A stretch of 64,000 nucleotides of DNA, taken from positions 106,233 to 170,232 of the forward strand of contig CAWDGB010000009.1 of assembly GCA_963801715.1 (NCBI GenBank). The letters run 5' to 3'. Shown in pieces: positions 51,500-60,230 of the stretch. The position numbers and the translations under genes were made by a program. The notes beneath the pieces were generated by a model. That model worked only from the letters and a program-made list of their open reading frames with translations, did not search any database and had not been told where the DNA came from. This DNA is from an uncultured Actinomycetota bacterium. Its GTDB lineage: Bacteria > Actinomycetota > Actinomycetes > Mycobacteriales > Jatrophihabitantaceae. Each line of letters opens with the position of its first letter. Position 1 is the stretch's first letter.

Positions 51500-51531
51500 A
51501 AGGGCGCCACGGCCGTGGCCGTGGCGCCCTT
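51500..51531. terminator. bidirectional terminator hairpin after ddl
   Basis: AAGGGCGCCACGGCC-gt-GGCCGTGGCGCCCTT, perfect 15-nt arms between convergent genes. Confidence 0.65.
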
Positions 51532-51591
51532 CGCTTCCTTTAGCGGATGGGTGCTTGATGGTCCGGACGTTGTGCGCGGCTGCCGCCCAAA

Positions 51592-51931
51592 TCAGGCAGC
51601 GCGGGCAGCGAAATCCAACTCCCGCTCATACTCGGCGACAAGGTCGTCGACGAGATCCTGGCGGTTCTCCGCGATGAGCTCGTTGACCCGGGTGGTGTAG
51701 TACTCCTCACGTTCCGGCGCGAGGGAGAAAGCGGACGTCGGCAGTGCCGTCCGCTTCGGTCGGGTTGGAAGTGGCAGCGCGCTCGGCGAGCAGCCGGTCA
51801 TAGTCAGCGACAAGCTCGGCAACTAGGTCCTCCCGGCCGAGGCCGAGAAGGCGGTCGATCTGGGCTGCGTAGAACTCGTCGATTTCTGGGTTAGTGGTGT
51901 TCGGTTGGGTTATGGATGCGTTGACGTCCAT
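51592..51931 (-). pseudogene. small acidic protein with two internal repeats; frame break near 51725-51765
   Basis: Repeat 1 is EIDEFYAAQIDRLLGLGREDLVAELVADYDRLLAERAA (ORF 51707..51967). Repeat 2 is EREEYYTTRVNELIAENRQDLVDDLVAEYERELDFAARAA (ORF 51592..51822). Span from ATG 51931 is 340 nt (1 mod 3). No family recognised. Confidence 0.4.
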
Positions 51932-52025
51932 GGCAACCAGCATCCGGACGAAATGTGACGTCCACATGTCGTCCTAGGCGATCTATCAGGATCACGCCAA
52001 GCCGGCGGCTCGAGCTACGCCGCGC

Positions 52026-52620
52026 CTAGGACGGCCGGTGCGTGCACAGTTTGTCGTCCGGAGGCGGGGGTTTGCCTTCCTCCGGCACGGCGCAGGTGGG
52101 CGGCAACTTGGCCGCGATCGCCGCGCCGAGTGTGGGCAACGGCATATACGACTGCTTGCGTGGCACCGACACTTCGACATAAACGGCGCGGTCGATCGAG
52201 GTGAACACGTCCGTGTCGCCGCGGCTGGTCCGGAACCAATAGACGTCCCCGACGAGAATGGCAGGGGTCGTGCTTCCCGGCGTTAGATCGGCCGGCCGAT
52301 TGACGCCACAGCGCAGGATGATCGGTGGGTCGCCCCAGGCGACAGCGCGCTCGGTTTGGATAGTCCGCGGGGAGAGTGGGCCGAGCTGGAGCGGCAGCCC
52401 TGATATGACCTGGGCGCAGGTTGCCTCGACCGTGCTGTTCGCGGACGGTGGCGCCGGCGCTGTCGTTATCGGAGGCAGAGCAGCCGCGCCGCCGCTGGAC
52501 GATGATGCACTGGCCGGCGCGGACCGGGGCTTACGCCGCCCAGCGCGAAAGCGAGGACGACAGCGACGGGGACGGCGACCGCAGTCGCGATGAGAGCGTT
52601 GCGGCGAGTGCGGGCGTCGA
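52026..52620 (-). pseudogene. DUF3515-like membrane-anchored protein, frame break near 52510-52530, start unresolved
   Basis: The TM segment RRNALIATAVAVPVAVVLAFALGGV is in one frame. The body ...TCAQVISGLPLQLG...AVAWGDPPIILRCGV...SIDRAVYVEVSVPR...LGAAIAAKLPPTC is in another (its tail is ORF 52026..52208). Confidence 0.5.
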
Positions 52621-52631
52621 TGGCGTACCAG

Positions 52632-52880
52632 CTACAGGTGAACGACCGGGCAGGTCAGTGTCCGCGTGATTCCATCGACCGCCTGGATCCGGGCGACGAC
52701 CAGCTTGCCCAATTCGTCCACGGTTGGCGCCTCGGCGCGCACGATGACGTCGTAGGGCCCGGTGACATCCTCGGCGGTCGTGACCCCGGAGATGCCCGCG
52801 ATCTCAGCCGCGACGGCAGCGGCCTTGCCCACCTCGGTCTGGATCAGGATGTACGCATTCACCGGCTGGCCACTAGTCAT
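52632..52880 (-). CDS. Lrp/AsnC ligand-binding-domain-only small protein
   Basis: VNAYILIQTEVGKAAAVAAEIAGISGVTTAEDVTGPYDVIVRAEAPTVDELGKLVVARIQAVDGITRTLTCPVVHL. Confidence 0.85.
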   Translation of the reverse strand: MTSGQPVNAYILIQTEVGKAAAVAAEIAGISGVTTAEDVTGPYDVIVRAEAPTVDELGKLVVARIQAVDGITRTLTCPVVHL

Positions 52881-52973
52881 TGTCCGGCGCGTCCTTCCTC
52901 ATCGTCATTGCGCCAACGGGTAGAACGTAGCGCAGCCGGTAGTACACACTTCGGCGCAGGATATCCGTCACGA

Positions 52974-53922
52974 GTGAGGACGCGAGATCACCGTTTCCGA
53001 CGTCGGCGAGTTCGGCCTCATTGCCCGAGTCACCGCGGCGCTGACCCCTGCCGAGACGACATTGGTCGGCCCCGGCGACGACGCTGCCGTGATCCGCGCG
53101 GCCGACGGTCGGGTCGTCGCCACGACGGATCTCCTCATCGAGAACCGGCACTTCCGCCGTGACTGGTCCAGCGCCACGGACGTCGGCCGCAAGGCGGCCG
53201 CGACGAACTTCTCCGACATCGCGGCCATGGGCGCCCGCCCGACCGCGCTCCTCGTCGGATTCGGGACGCCACCCGATCTCAACCTCGCCTGGGTCGACGA
53301 CCTGACCGCTGGACTCCGCGAGGAATGCGGACAAGTCGGCGCAGCTGTCGTCGGGGGTGACGTGGTGGCAGCTGATTTGATCACCTTGGGGGTCACCGCG
53401 CTCGGCGACCTGGACGGGCGCGACCCTGTGCTACTCGATGGCGCGCGTCCGGGAGATGTGGTCGCCTTTGTCGGCCGGCTAGGCCATGCGGCCGCCGGCT
53501 ACGCGATTCTCTCCCGCGGGTTCCGCTCGCCGGTGCAGCTGGTGAACGCTCACCGGCGCCCGGAGCCGCCCTATGCGCAAGGCCCTGCGGCGGCCGACCG
53601 GGGCGCGTCGGCTATGACGGATGTGAGCGATGGGCTGGTGGCCGACCTCGGGCACATCGCTGAGGCGAGCGGTGTCCGCATCGACATCCATGCCGGTGCG
53701 GTGCCGGTACCGCTCAAGCTGCGTGACGTCGGCGCCGCGCTCAACGTCGACCCGTTGTCGTGGGTCTTCACCGGTGGGGACGACTTCGCGCTCGTCGCCA
53801 CGTTCCCGGCCGGCACGCCGCCGCCGGAAGGGTGGACGGTTATCGGAGCGGTGGCCGATGGGCAAGGCGTGCGGGTCGACGGCCACCGATGGCCCAACGG
53901 TGGCCACGAGCACTTTCGCTAG
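52974..53922 (+). CDS. thiL: thiamine-monophosphate kinase (5' end probably carries one extra base near 52978-53005)
   Basis: GPGDDAAVI...TTDLLIENRHF...AAATNFSDIAAMGARP...VVGGDV...MTDVSDGL...GGDDFALV...GHEHFR*. The conserved DVGEFGLIARV lies upstream of the first canonical in-frame start (TTG 53062) and right after an in-frame TGA. GTG 52974 is one frame off. Confidence 0.85.
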
Positions 53923-54276
53923 GTGTCGCGTTTGGCGATGCGAGGCGTCGGCGACATACCCCATGGGGTCGCCGCGGGACTCACCGTGCAGCAGCGCGAT
54001 CCGCTCCGGCGGGGTGATCTCGGTCCAGGAGATCCACTCGGTGTAGTCCGTCCCGTCCGGCCCGTGCATCACGAAGTCCCACTCGCCCCCGACGCGGAAC
54101 TCGAACGACTGCGTGGTGGTGGTGAACCCCTCCGGTCCCCACCACCGCGACAGGTGCCGGACGTTGGTGAAGGCCTCGAACACCAGCTCCCGTGGGGCGT
54201 CGATGACCCGGGAGATCACGATCTCCCGGTCTGCCGTCGCCGGCTCCGCCCGCGTTTCTTGCCTCGCCCCTGCCAT
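53923..54276 (-). pseudogene. SRPBCC (AHSA1/START-like) protein, 3'-truncated at the junction with thiL
   Basis: MAGARQETRAEPATADREIVISRVIDAPRELVFEAFTNVRHLSRWWGPEGFTTTTQSFEFRVGGEWDFVMHGPDGTDYTEWISWTEITPPERIALLHGESRGDP, after which the frame reads antisense thiL. About 30-40 C-terminal residues are missing. Confidence 0.7.
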
Positions 54277-54279
54277 CGG

Positions 54280-54633
54280 TCATTCCTCCTGCCGTGTCTG
54301 CTTGAGGTCTTGCACGTACGCGTCCAGTCGGTCGAAGCTCTCGCTCCAGAACCGCTCGAACCCGCCGGTCCACTCGTGGACCGGCCGCAGCCCGCGGGCG
54401 TCAAGGCCGTACAGGCGCTGCTTGCCTGCCTTGCGGTCCCGCACCAGCCCGACCTCGCGGAGCACCCGCAGGTGTTTGGACGCGCGCGGCTGGGTCATCC
54501 CCAGCTCCCGGGCCAACTCGGTCACCGGCCGCTCACCCGCCCGCAGCCGCACCAGGATCTCCCGGCGCTGCGGCTCGGCGATCGCGTTGAAGGCGTCCGA
54601 CGTTGTCGCGGCTCGTGCCATGACCGCCATCAT
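54280..54633 (-). CDS. ArsR/SmtB family transcriptional regulator
   Basis: FNAIAEPQRREILVRLRAGERPVTELARELGMTQPRASKHLRVLREVGLVRDRKAGKQRLY. It lies 4 nt upstream of the SRPBCC gene, a common operon pairing. Confidence 0.85.
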   Translation of the reverse strand: MMAVMARAATTSDAFNAIAEPQRREILVRLRAGERPVTELARELGMTQPRASKHLRVLREVGLVRDRKAGKQRLYGLDARGLRPVHEWTGGFERFWSESFDRLDAYVQDLKQTRQEE

Positions 54634-54649
54634 ATGCCCATATCGGCAT
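54634..54649. promoter_or_regulatory. candidate ArsR operator palindrome
   Basis: ATGCC-N6-GGCAT sits immediately upstream of the arsR start codon. Confidence 0.3.
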
Positions 54650-54708
54650 GCGTCAAGTCGAGAGGAATCAGGCGCGTCTTGTCAGCTGACGATCGTGAGC
54701 CGAGTCAG

Positions 54709-54875
54709 GTCGGCTATGAGGGATGTGAGCGATGGGCTGGTGGCCGACCTCGGGCACATCGCTGAGGCGGTGTCCGCATCGACATCCATGCCGGTGCGGT
54801 GCCGGTGCCGCTCAAGCTGCGTGACCAAGGCGTGCGGGTCGACGGCCACCGATGGCCCAACGGTGGCCACGCACT
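54709..54875 (+). repeat. decayed second copy of the thiL 3' end (direct repeat of 53607-53727 + 53863-53914)
   Basis: By-eye alignment shows 2 mismatches in about 163 aligned nt, a 4-nt deletion after GCTGAGGCG, a clean 135-nt deletion (equivalent to 53728-53862), and divergence after GGTGGCCACG. Confidence 0.85.
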
Positions 54876-54979
54876 CACGACCGTCGTGTCTAGGACTCAA
54901 TGCCTTCTGGTAGCCCGTAAGTGCAAGATCATCAAGCAGGGACGAGGACGCTGGAGAGGCAAGACCGCAGCGCTACCAG

Positions 54980-55171
54980 CTACGCGCGGGTGACCTTGCC
55001 GGCCTTCAGGCACGACGTGCAGACCGTGATACGCCGCCGGTTTCCCGGGGCTACGAGCGCCCGGACTCGCTGCACGTTCGGATTCCACCGACGGTGGGTG
55101 CGGCGATGCGAGTGCGAGACGGACATGCCGAAGCCGGGCCCTTTGCCGCAGATGTCGCAGACGCTGGCCAC
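54980..55171 (-). CDS. rpmB: 50S ribosomal protein L28
   Basis: GTG 55171 follows AAGGAGG. The protein reads VASVCDICGKGPGFGMSVSHSHRRTHRRWNPNVQRVRALVAPGNRRRITVCTSCLKAGKVTRA*. Confidence 0.9.
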   Translation of the reverse strand: MASVCDICGKGPGFGMSVSHSHRRTHRRWNPNVQRVRALVAPGNRRRITVCTSCLKAGKVTRA

Positions 55172-55367
55172 GTGGCCTCCTTGTGACATGAAACGTGTAT
55201 ATCGCGGGTGACGTACGAGCGCCCGGCCGTCAGCCGGGCAACACTGAAGTTTACTCGGCCGGTTACGAGCGCACCAAAACGACGTCCGGCCGGGCCAGTA
55301 TCGTACGGCGAGCCGGGTGGCCACGGCGCCGGCGCTTCCGCCGGTCGGACGCGCGGGGAGGTGTGAG

Positions 55368-56966
55368 GTGCTCGACGCGCTGGATGCACCGGCGGTGCGC
55401 CGGTGGAGCGTCCTCGCCGCCGACGCGATGGACACCCACCGAGCGGAAATCGACGAGCTGAACGTCTTCCCGGTGCCGGACGGGGACACCGGGACCAACC
55501 TCTCGCTGACGTTGCGAGCCGCTGCGGAGGCGTTAGCAGCCGATCCGGCCGACACCGCGGGCGAGGCGTTTCGCGCCTGGGCAAAGGGCGCCGTGCTCGG
55601 GGCGCGAGGTAATTCCGGCGTGATCGTCTCCCAAGTCCTGTGCGGGCTGGCGGACGGCATCGACGGTTCGGAGGCCTGCGACGGTTCGCTGCTAGCGGTC
55701 GCGCTGCGGTCGGCGGCCGACCAGGCGTACGCGTCCGTGGCCAATCCGTTGGAGGGCACGATCCTTTCGGTCGCCCGCGCGGCGGCCGACGCCGCTGGTG
55801 CTGGCTCGATAGCCGGCGTCGTGCAGCGCGTTCAGGAGGCGGCCTGGGAAGCGTTGCGCCGCACCATCGACCAGCTGCCGGTGTTGACCCAGGCCGGCGT
55901 GGTCGATGCGGGCGGCCGCGGCTTGGTCGTGCTGATCGACGCGCTCGGAGAAGCCGTGACCGGGACAGCCATCGCAACGCCCCAAGCTCCGCACTCCGCG
56001 CGTTCCCGAACGGGCCTCGAAGCGTCTCGCGAATCCGGCAGCGCCGACTACGACTACGAGGTGCAGTACCTGCTGCGCGCCGACGACGAGCACACCGCGA
56101 TCCTTCGGTCGGAACTGGCCCCGCTCGGTGACTCGCTGGTCGTGGTGGGCACCGGTGACGGGGTGTGGAATGTCCACGTTCACGTCAACGACATCGGCGC
56201 GGCCCTCGAGGCCGGTGTTCGTGCGGGTGACCCATATCGGATCACGGTGGTTCGCTTCGCCGATGCCGTGAGTACTGCCGCACCGCCGGTGCCGCGGCGG
56301 CAGGCGGGTACCGCGGTCGTCGCCGTTGCCCCCGGCGAAGGACTGGCGCACTTGTTCGAGAGCGAGGGCGTCTACGTCGTCGAAGGCGGCCCTACCGAGA
56401 ACCCGTCAACCGCGGACGTCCTGTCGGCGATGCTCGCCTGCCCGGCCGACCGCGTAGTGCTGCTGCCGAACGCCTCGCAGGTGGGTGGGGTGGCCGAGGC
56501 CGCCGCGATCGAGGCCCGCAGCCGCGGTATCGAGGTGGCTGTGGTGCCGACGAAATCGCCGGTGCAGGGCCTATCCGCGGTGGCCGTGCACGATGCGAGC
56601 CGACATTTCGGCGACGACGTGATCGCGATGGCCGAGGCCGCTGCGGCTACCCGATGGGCCGAGGTGACCATTGCCCAGCGCGAGGCGCTCACCATGGCCG
56701 GTCGGTGCCAGCCGGGCGACGTCCTGGGCTTGATCGACGGCGAAGTCGTCGAGATCGGATCGACGGTCGGTTCGGTGGCCGCCGCGATTATCGATCGGCT
56801 GCTCGCGGTCGGCGGTGAATTGATCACCATCCTGGTCGGCCGCGATGCCGAGCCCGACGCCGGCGAGCAGTTACGGCGGCACATCGCCTCGGTGGCCCAG
56901 CATGTCGAGGTGGGAGTCTTCGACGGGGGTCAGCCGCACTATCCGTTGCTCATCGGGGTGGAGTAG
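55368..56966 (+). CDS. DAK2 domain fusion protein (YloV-like)
   Basis: GTG 55368 gives ...LNVFPVPDGDTGTNLSLTL...GARGNSGVIVSQ...GVVDAGGRGLVVL. It is divergent from rpmB and upstream of recG. Confidence 0.85.
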   Translation: MLDALDAPAVRRWSVLAADAMDTHRAEIDELNVFPVPDGDTGTNLSLTLRAAAEALAADPADTAGEAFRAWAKGAVLGARGNSGVIVSQVLCGLADGIDGSEACDGSLLAVALRSAADQAYASVANPLEGTILSVARAAADAAGAGSIAGVVQRVQEAAWEALRRTIDQLPVLTQAGVVDAGGRGLVVLIDALGEAVTGTAIATPQAPHSARSRTGLEASRESGSADYDYEVQYLLRADDEHTAILRSELAPLGDSLVVVGTGDGVWNVHVHVNDIGAALEAGVRAGDPYRITVVRFADAVSTAAPPVPRRQAGTAVVAVAPGEGLAHLFESEGVYVVEGGPTENPSTADVLSAMLACPADRVVLLPNASQVGGVAEAAAIEARSRGIEVAVVPTKSPVQGLSAVAVHDASRHFGDDVIAMAEAAAATRWAEVTIAQREALTMAGRCQPGDVLGLIDGEVVEIGSTVGSVAAAIIDRLLAVGGELITILVGRDAEPDAGEQLRRHIASVAQHVEVGVFDGGQPHYPLLIGVE

Positions 56967-59165
56967 GTGCCCCGTATCGACCTGGACTCCCCGGTGGTCG
57001 AGGCGGTCGGCGGTCGGACCGCGAAAGCCCTCGAGCAGGCGCTGTCGATCCGCACCGTCGGAGACCTGCTGGCGCACTACCCACGGCGCCTTGCCGAGCG
57101 TGGCGAGCTGACCGATCTCGCGTCACTCCGGGTCGACGACGACGTCACGGTGCTGGCCGAGGTGCGCACCGCCCGGGCGATTCGCAACCGAAGCGGTCGC
57201 GGCGAGCGGCTCGAGGTCGTCGTCGGCGATGGGCGGGGGACGTTGAAGCTCACGTTCTTCGGCCGACGTCAAACCTGGCGGCAACGGGAACTGACACCAG
57301 GCACGCGCGGGCTGTTCGCCGGGAAGGTCAGCGTCTTCAACCACAGCAGGCAGCTAACGCATCCCGAGTATCAGATCCTGCGCGGCGAAGTCGACGTCGC
57401 GGTAGCCGATGAATTCGCCGGCGCCCTCATACCCGTCTACCCAGCGACGAAGGACATCCGAACCTGGGAGATCGCCCGCGCCGTCGATGTCGTCCTCAAG
57501 CTGCTCGACCGGGTTCCCGACCCATTGCCGGACGAGGTTGTGCACCGCCGCGGCCTGCTCGCCCTTGACCGGGCGTTGCGCGCGGTCCACCAACCGGACA
57601 GCCGCGACGAATGGTTCGCGGCCCGTCGCCGGCTGGCGTGGGACGAGGCGATGACGATCCAGCTCGTTCTCGCCCAGCGCCGAGTGGCAGCGGCCGCAAA
57701 CCCGGCGACGCCCCGGCCCGGTGCCGCCGGACGCCTGTTGGACGCGTTCGACGCCCGGTTGCCGTTCCGGCTCACCGAGGGTCAGCAAGCAGTGGGGACG
57801 CAGCTGGCCGCGGAGTTGTCCGGAGATCATCCGATGCAGCGACTGCTGCAAGGGGAGGTCGGCTCGGGCAAGACCGTCGTGGCCCTGCGCGCGATGCTTC
57901 AGGTCGTCGACGCCGGAGGACAGGCGGCGTTGCTGGCCCCGACCGAGGTGCTCGCCGCGCAACACGCCAGGACCGTCGAGACCATGCTCGGGCCGCTCGG
58001 GCGGGCGGGTCAGCTGGACGCTGCGGATCGGGCGACCCGGATCAGCCTGCTGACCGCATCCCTGCCAGCGGCGAGACGCAAGGCGGCGCTACTCGACGCG
58101 GCGTCCGGCGCCGCCGGGATCGTCATCGGTACCCATGCGCTCATCCAGGAAGCCGTCAGCTTCGCCGACCTCGGCCTCGTGGTCGTCGACGAGCAACACC
58201 GCTTCGGAGTCGAGCAGCGGGACGCGTTGCGCGGCAAGGCAACGCGGCCACCGCACTTGCTCGTCATGACCGCGACGCCAATCCCGCGGACAGTCGCGAT
58301 GACAGTGTTCGGTGACCTGGAAATCTCTGTGCTGACCGAGCTGCCCGCTGGCCGGGCGGCGATCGCGACCACGGTTGTGCCAGCCGGTGAGAAGCCGGCC
58401 TGGCTGACCCGTACGTGGACTCGGATTCGCGAGGAAGTGGCGGCCGGCCGGCAAGCATTCATCGTGTGCCCACGGATCGGCGGTGATGGCGCCGAGTCCG
58501 ACCGCGACCTCGACGATGAACCCGACGACGAAGAGCTTGGCGCGGCCAGGCGGCCGCCCGTGGCCGTGATCGACGTCCTGCCCATGCTTGCGAACGGGCC
58601 GTTGGAGGGGTTGCGCCTAGCCGCGTTGCATGGCCGGCTCCCCGTCGACGAGCGCGACCAGGTGATGACCGAGTTCGTTGCGGGCGAGATCGACGTGCTC
58701 GTGGCGACGACCGTGGTCGAGGTCGGCGTCGACGTCCCGAACGCCACGGTCATGGTGGTGCTCGACGCAGACCGGTTCGGTGTGTCGCAGCTACATCAGC
58801 TGCGCGGCCGCATTGGCCGTGGCAACGCCGCAGGAACCTGTTTGCTCGTCACCGACGCGGCGGGCGGGAGCTCGGCCCGCCAACGACTGGATGCCGTGGC
58901 TGCGACCGCCGACGGATTCGAACTAGCCCGCCTGGACGTCGAACAGCGACGGGAGGGTGATGTCCTCGGCACTGCGCAGTCCGGTCGCCGGTCGACCTTG
59001 CGACTCCTGTCGTTGCGGCGTGACGAACAGTTGATTGCCGACGCTCGGGGAGAAGCATCAGACATCGTCGCGAGCGACCCTCACCTCGCGGCCCATCCTG
59101 CGCTCGCCGCGCGGGTCGCGGCGCTCATCGATGCCGAGCGGGCCGAGTACTTGGAAAAGACATGA
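56967..59165 (+). CDS. recG: ATP-dependent DNA helicase RecG
   Basis: Wedge domain, then LLQGEVGSGKTVVA (Walker A), VVDEQHRFG (DEQH), LVMTATPIPRT, and QLHQLRGRIGRG. Confidence 0.95.
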   Translation: MPRIDLDSPVVEAVGGRTAKALEQALSIRTVGDLLAHYPRRLAERGELTDLASLRVDDDVTVLAEVRTARAIRNRSGRGERLEVVVGDGRGTLKLTFFGRRQTWRQRELTPGTRGLFAGKVSVFNHSRQLTHPEYQILRGEVDVAVADEFAGALIPVYPATKDIRTWEIARAVDVVLKLLDRVPDPLPDEVVHRRGLLALDRALRAVHQPDSRDEWFAARRRLAWDEAMTIQLVLAQRRVAAAANPATPRPGAAGRLLDAFDARLPFRLTEGQQAVGTQLAAELSGDHPMQRLLQGEVGSGKTVVALRAMLQVVDAGGQAALLAPTEVLAAQHARTVETMLGPLGRAGQLDAADRATRISLLTASLPAARRKAALLDAASGAAGIVIGTHALIQEAVSFADLGLVVVDEQHRFGVEQRDALRGKATRPPHLLVMTATPIPRTVAMTVFGDLEISVLTELPAGRAAIATTVVPAGEKPAWLTRTWTRIREEVAAGRQAFIVCPRIGGDGAESDRDLDDEPDDEELGAARRPPVAVIDVLPMLANGPLEGLRLAALHGRLPVDERDQVMTEFVAGEIDVLVATTVVEVGVDVPNATVMVVLDADRFGVSQLHQLRGRIGRGNAAGTCLLVTDAAGGSSARQRLDAVAATADGFELARLDVEQRREGDVLGTAQSGRRSTLRLLSLRRDEQLIADARGEASDIVASDPHLAAHPALAARVAALIDAERAEYLEKT

Positions 59166-59187
59166 GAGCAGATGCGAGCCGGCGGCG

Positions 59188-59739
59188 ATGATCCGGATTG
59201 TCGGGGGGACCGCTCGAGGCCGAGCGTTGTCCGTGCCGGGCCGCGGTACGCGGCCGACCTCGGATCGGGCGCGCGAGGCGTTGTTCAACACCCTGACCGG
59301 CCTTGTCGACCTGGCCGGTGCCGATGTGCTCGACCTGTATGCCGGAACCGGAGCGGTTGGCCTCGAGGCGCTCTCTCGCGGCGCCGGCGGCGCGACGCTC
59401 GTCGAATCCGACCCGGCTGTCCTCGGTGTGCTGCGCAGCAACGTCGCGGCGATCGCGCCGGACCGGGCTAAGGTCGTCGCCCGGTCCGTTCCGGCCTACC
59501 TCGGCCAGCGTCCGGCCCTCGATCGGGTCCGGCTCGCCTTCCTCGATCCGCCGTATGCGCTGCCTGAGTCCGCGCTGCAGGCTGTCCTCGCGCAGTTGGC
59601 CGACCTGCTACCGACTGACGCGGTGGTGGTCGTCGAACGCGCAGCTCGCGGCGTTCCTCCGACGTGGCCGACTGTGATCGAATCGATCAAACAGAAGCGC
59701 TATGGCGAGGGCGTGCTTTGGTACGGTCGCCGGAAATGA
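59188..59739 (+). CDS. rsmD: 16S rRNA (guanine966-N2)-methyltransferase
   Basis: MIRIVGGTARGRALSVPGRGTRPTSDRAREALFN...DLYAGTGAVGLEALSRGA...FLDPPY. Confidence 0.85.
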   Translation: MIRIVGGTARGRALSVPGRGTRPTSDRAREALFNTLTGLVDLAGADVLDLYAGTGAVGLEALSRGAGGATLVESDPAVLGVLRSNVAAIAPDRAKVVARSVPAYLGQRPALDRVRLAFLDPPYALPESALQAVLAQLADLLPTDAVVVVERAARGVPPTWPTVIESIKQKRYGEGVLWYGRRK

Positions 59740-60230
59740 GCGTGCTAACTCCGCAGGTGCGCCGGGCAGTCTGCCCGGGGTCCTTCGATCCCGTCACGAA
59801 CGGGCATCTGGACATCATCGATCGAGCATCTCGTCTTTACGACGAGATCATCGTCGCGATCTTCGTCAACCAGGCCAAGTCCAACCTGTTCAGCGTCGAC
59901 GAGCGGCGAGAGATGTTGATCGAAGCAACGGAGACCTATCCCAATGTGCGTATCGACACGTTCCACGGACTGGTCGTCGATTACTGCCGAGCCAACGATG
60001 TGCCAGTTATCGTCAAGGGCCTTCGGGCCGTCAGCGACTTCGACTACGAATTGCAGATGGCGCAGATGAACCGGGGCTTGGCCGGTATCGACACGCTGTT
60101 CATGCCGACGAATCCGGAGTACAGCTTCCTTGCCTCGAGCCTGGTGAAAGACATCGCCCGATGGGGTGGGGACGTGAGCGCCCTGGTGCCGCCGCTCGTC
60201 CTCAAGCGGCTGCGCAATCTCGATGACTGA
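59736..60230 (+). CDS. coaD: pantetheine-phosphate adenylyltransferase
   Basis: RAVCPGSFDPVTNGHLDII...KGLRAVSDFDYELQMAQMN...SSLVKDIARWGGDV. ATGA overlap with rsmD. Confidence 0.95.
   Translation: MSVLTPQVRRAVCPGSFDPVTNGHLDIIDRASRLYDEIIVAIFVNQAKSNLFSVDERREMLIEATETYPNVRIDTFHGLVVDYCRANDVPVIVKGLRAVSDFDYELQMAQMNRGLAGIDTLFMPTNPEYSFLASSLVKDIARWGGDVSALVPPLVLKRLRNLDD

Noticed and set aside
54927-54936. The 10-mer CAAGATCATC recurs at 38147-38156 (arm of the nested hairpin) and at 54927-54936 (downstream of rpmB), which hints at a dispersed repeat.
   Set aside because: A single 10-nt match in 64 kb on both strands is compatible with chance, and the flanks do not align.
54907-54979. 8-bp inverted repeat CTGGTAGC / GCTACCAG flanking 57 nt just downstream of rpmB.
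   Set aside because: The stem is short and the loop very long. It is not convincing as a terminator or an element, and is noted only as context for the thiL-duplication junction.
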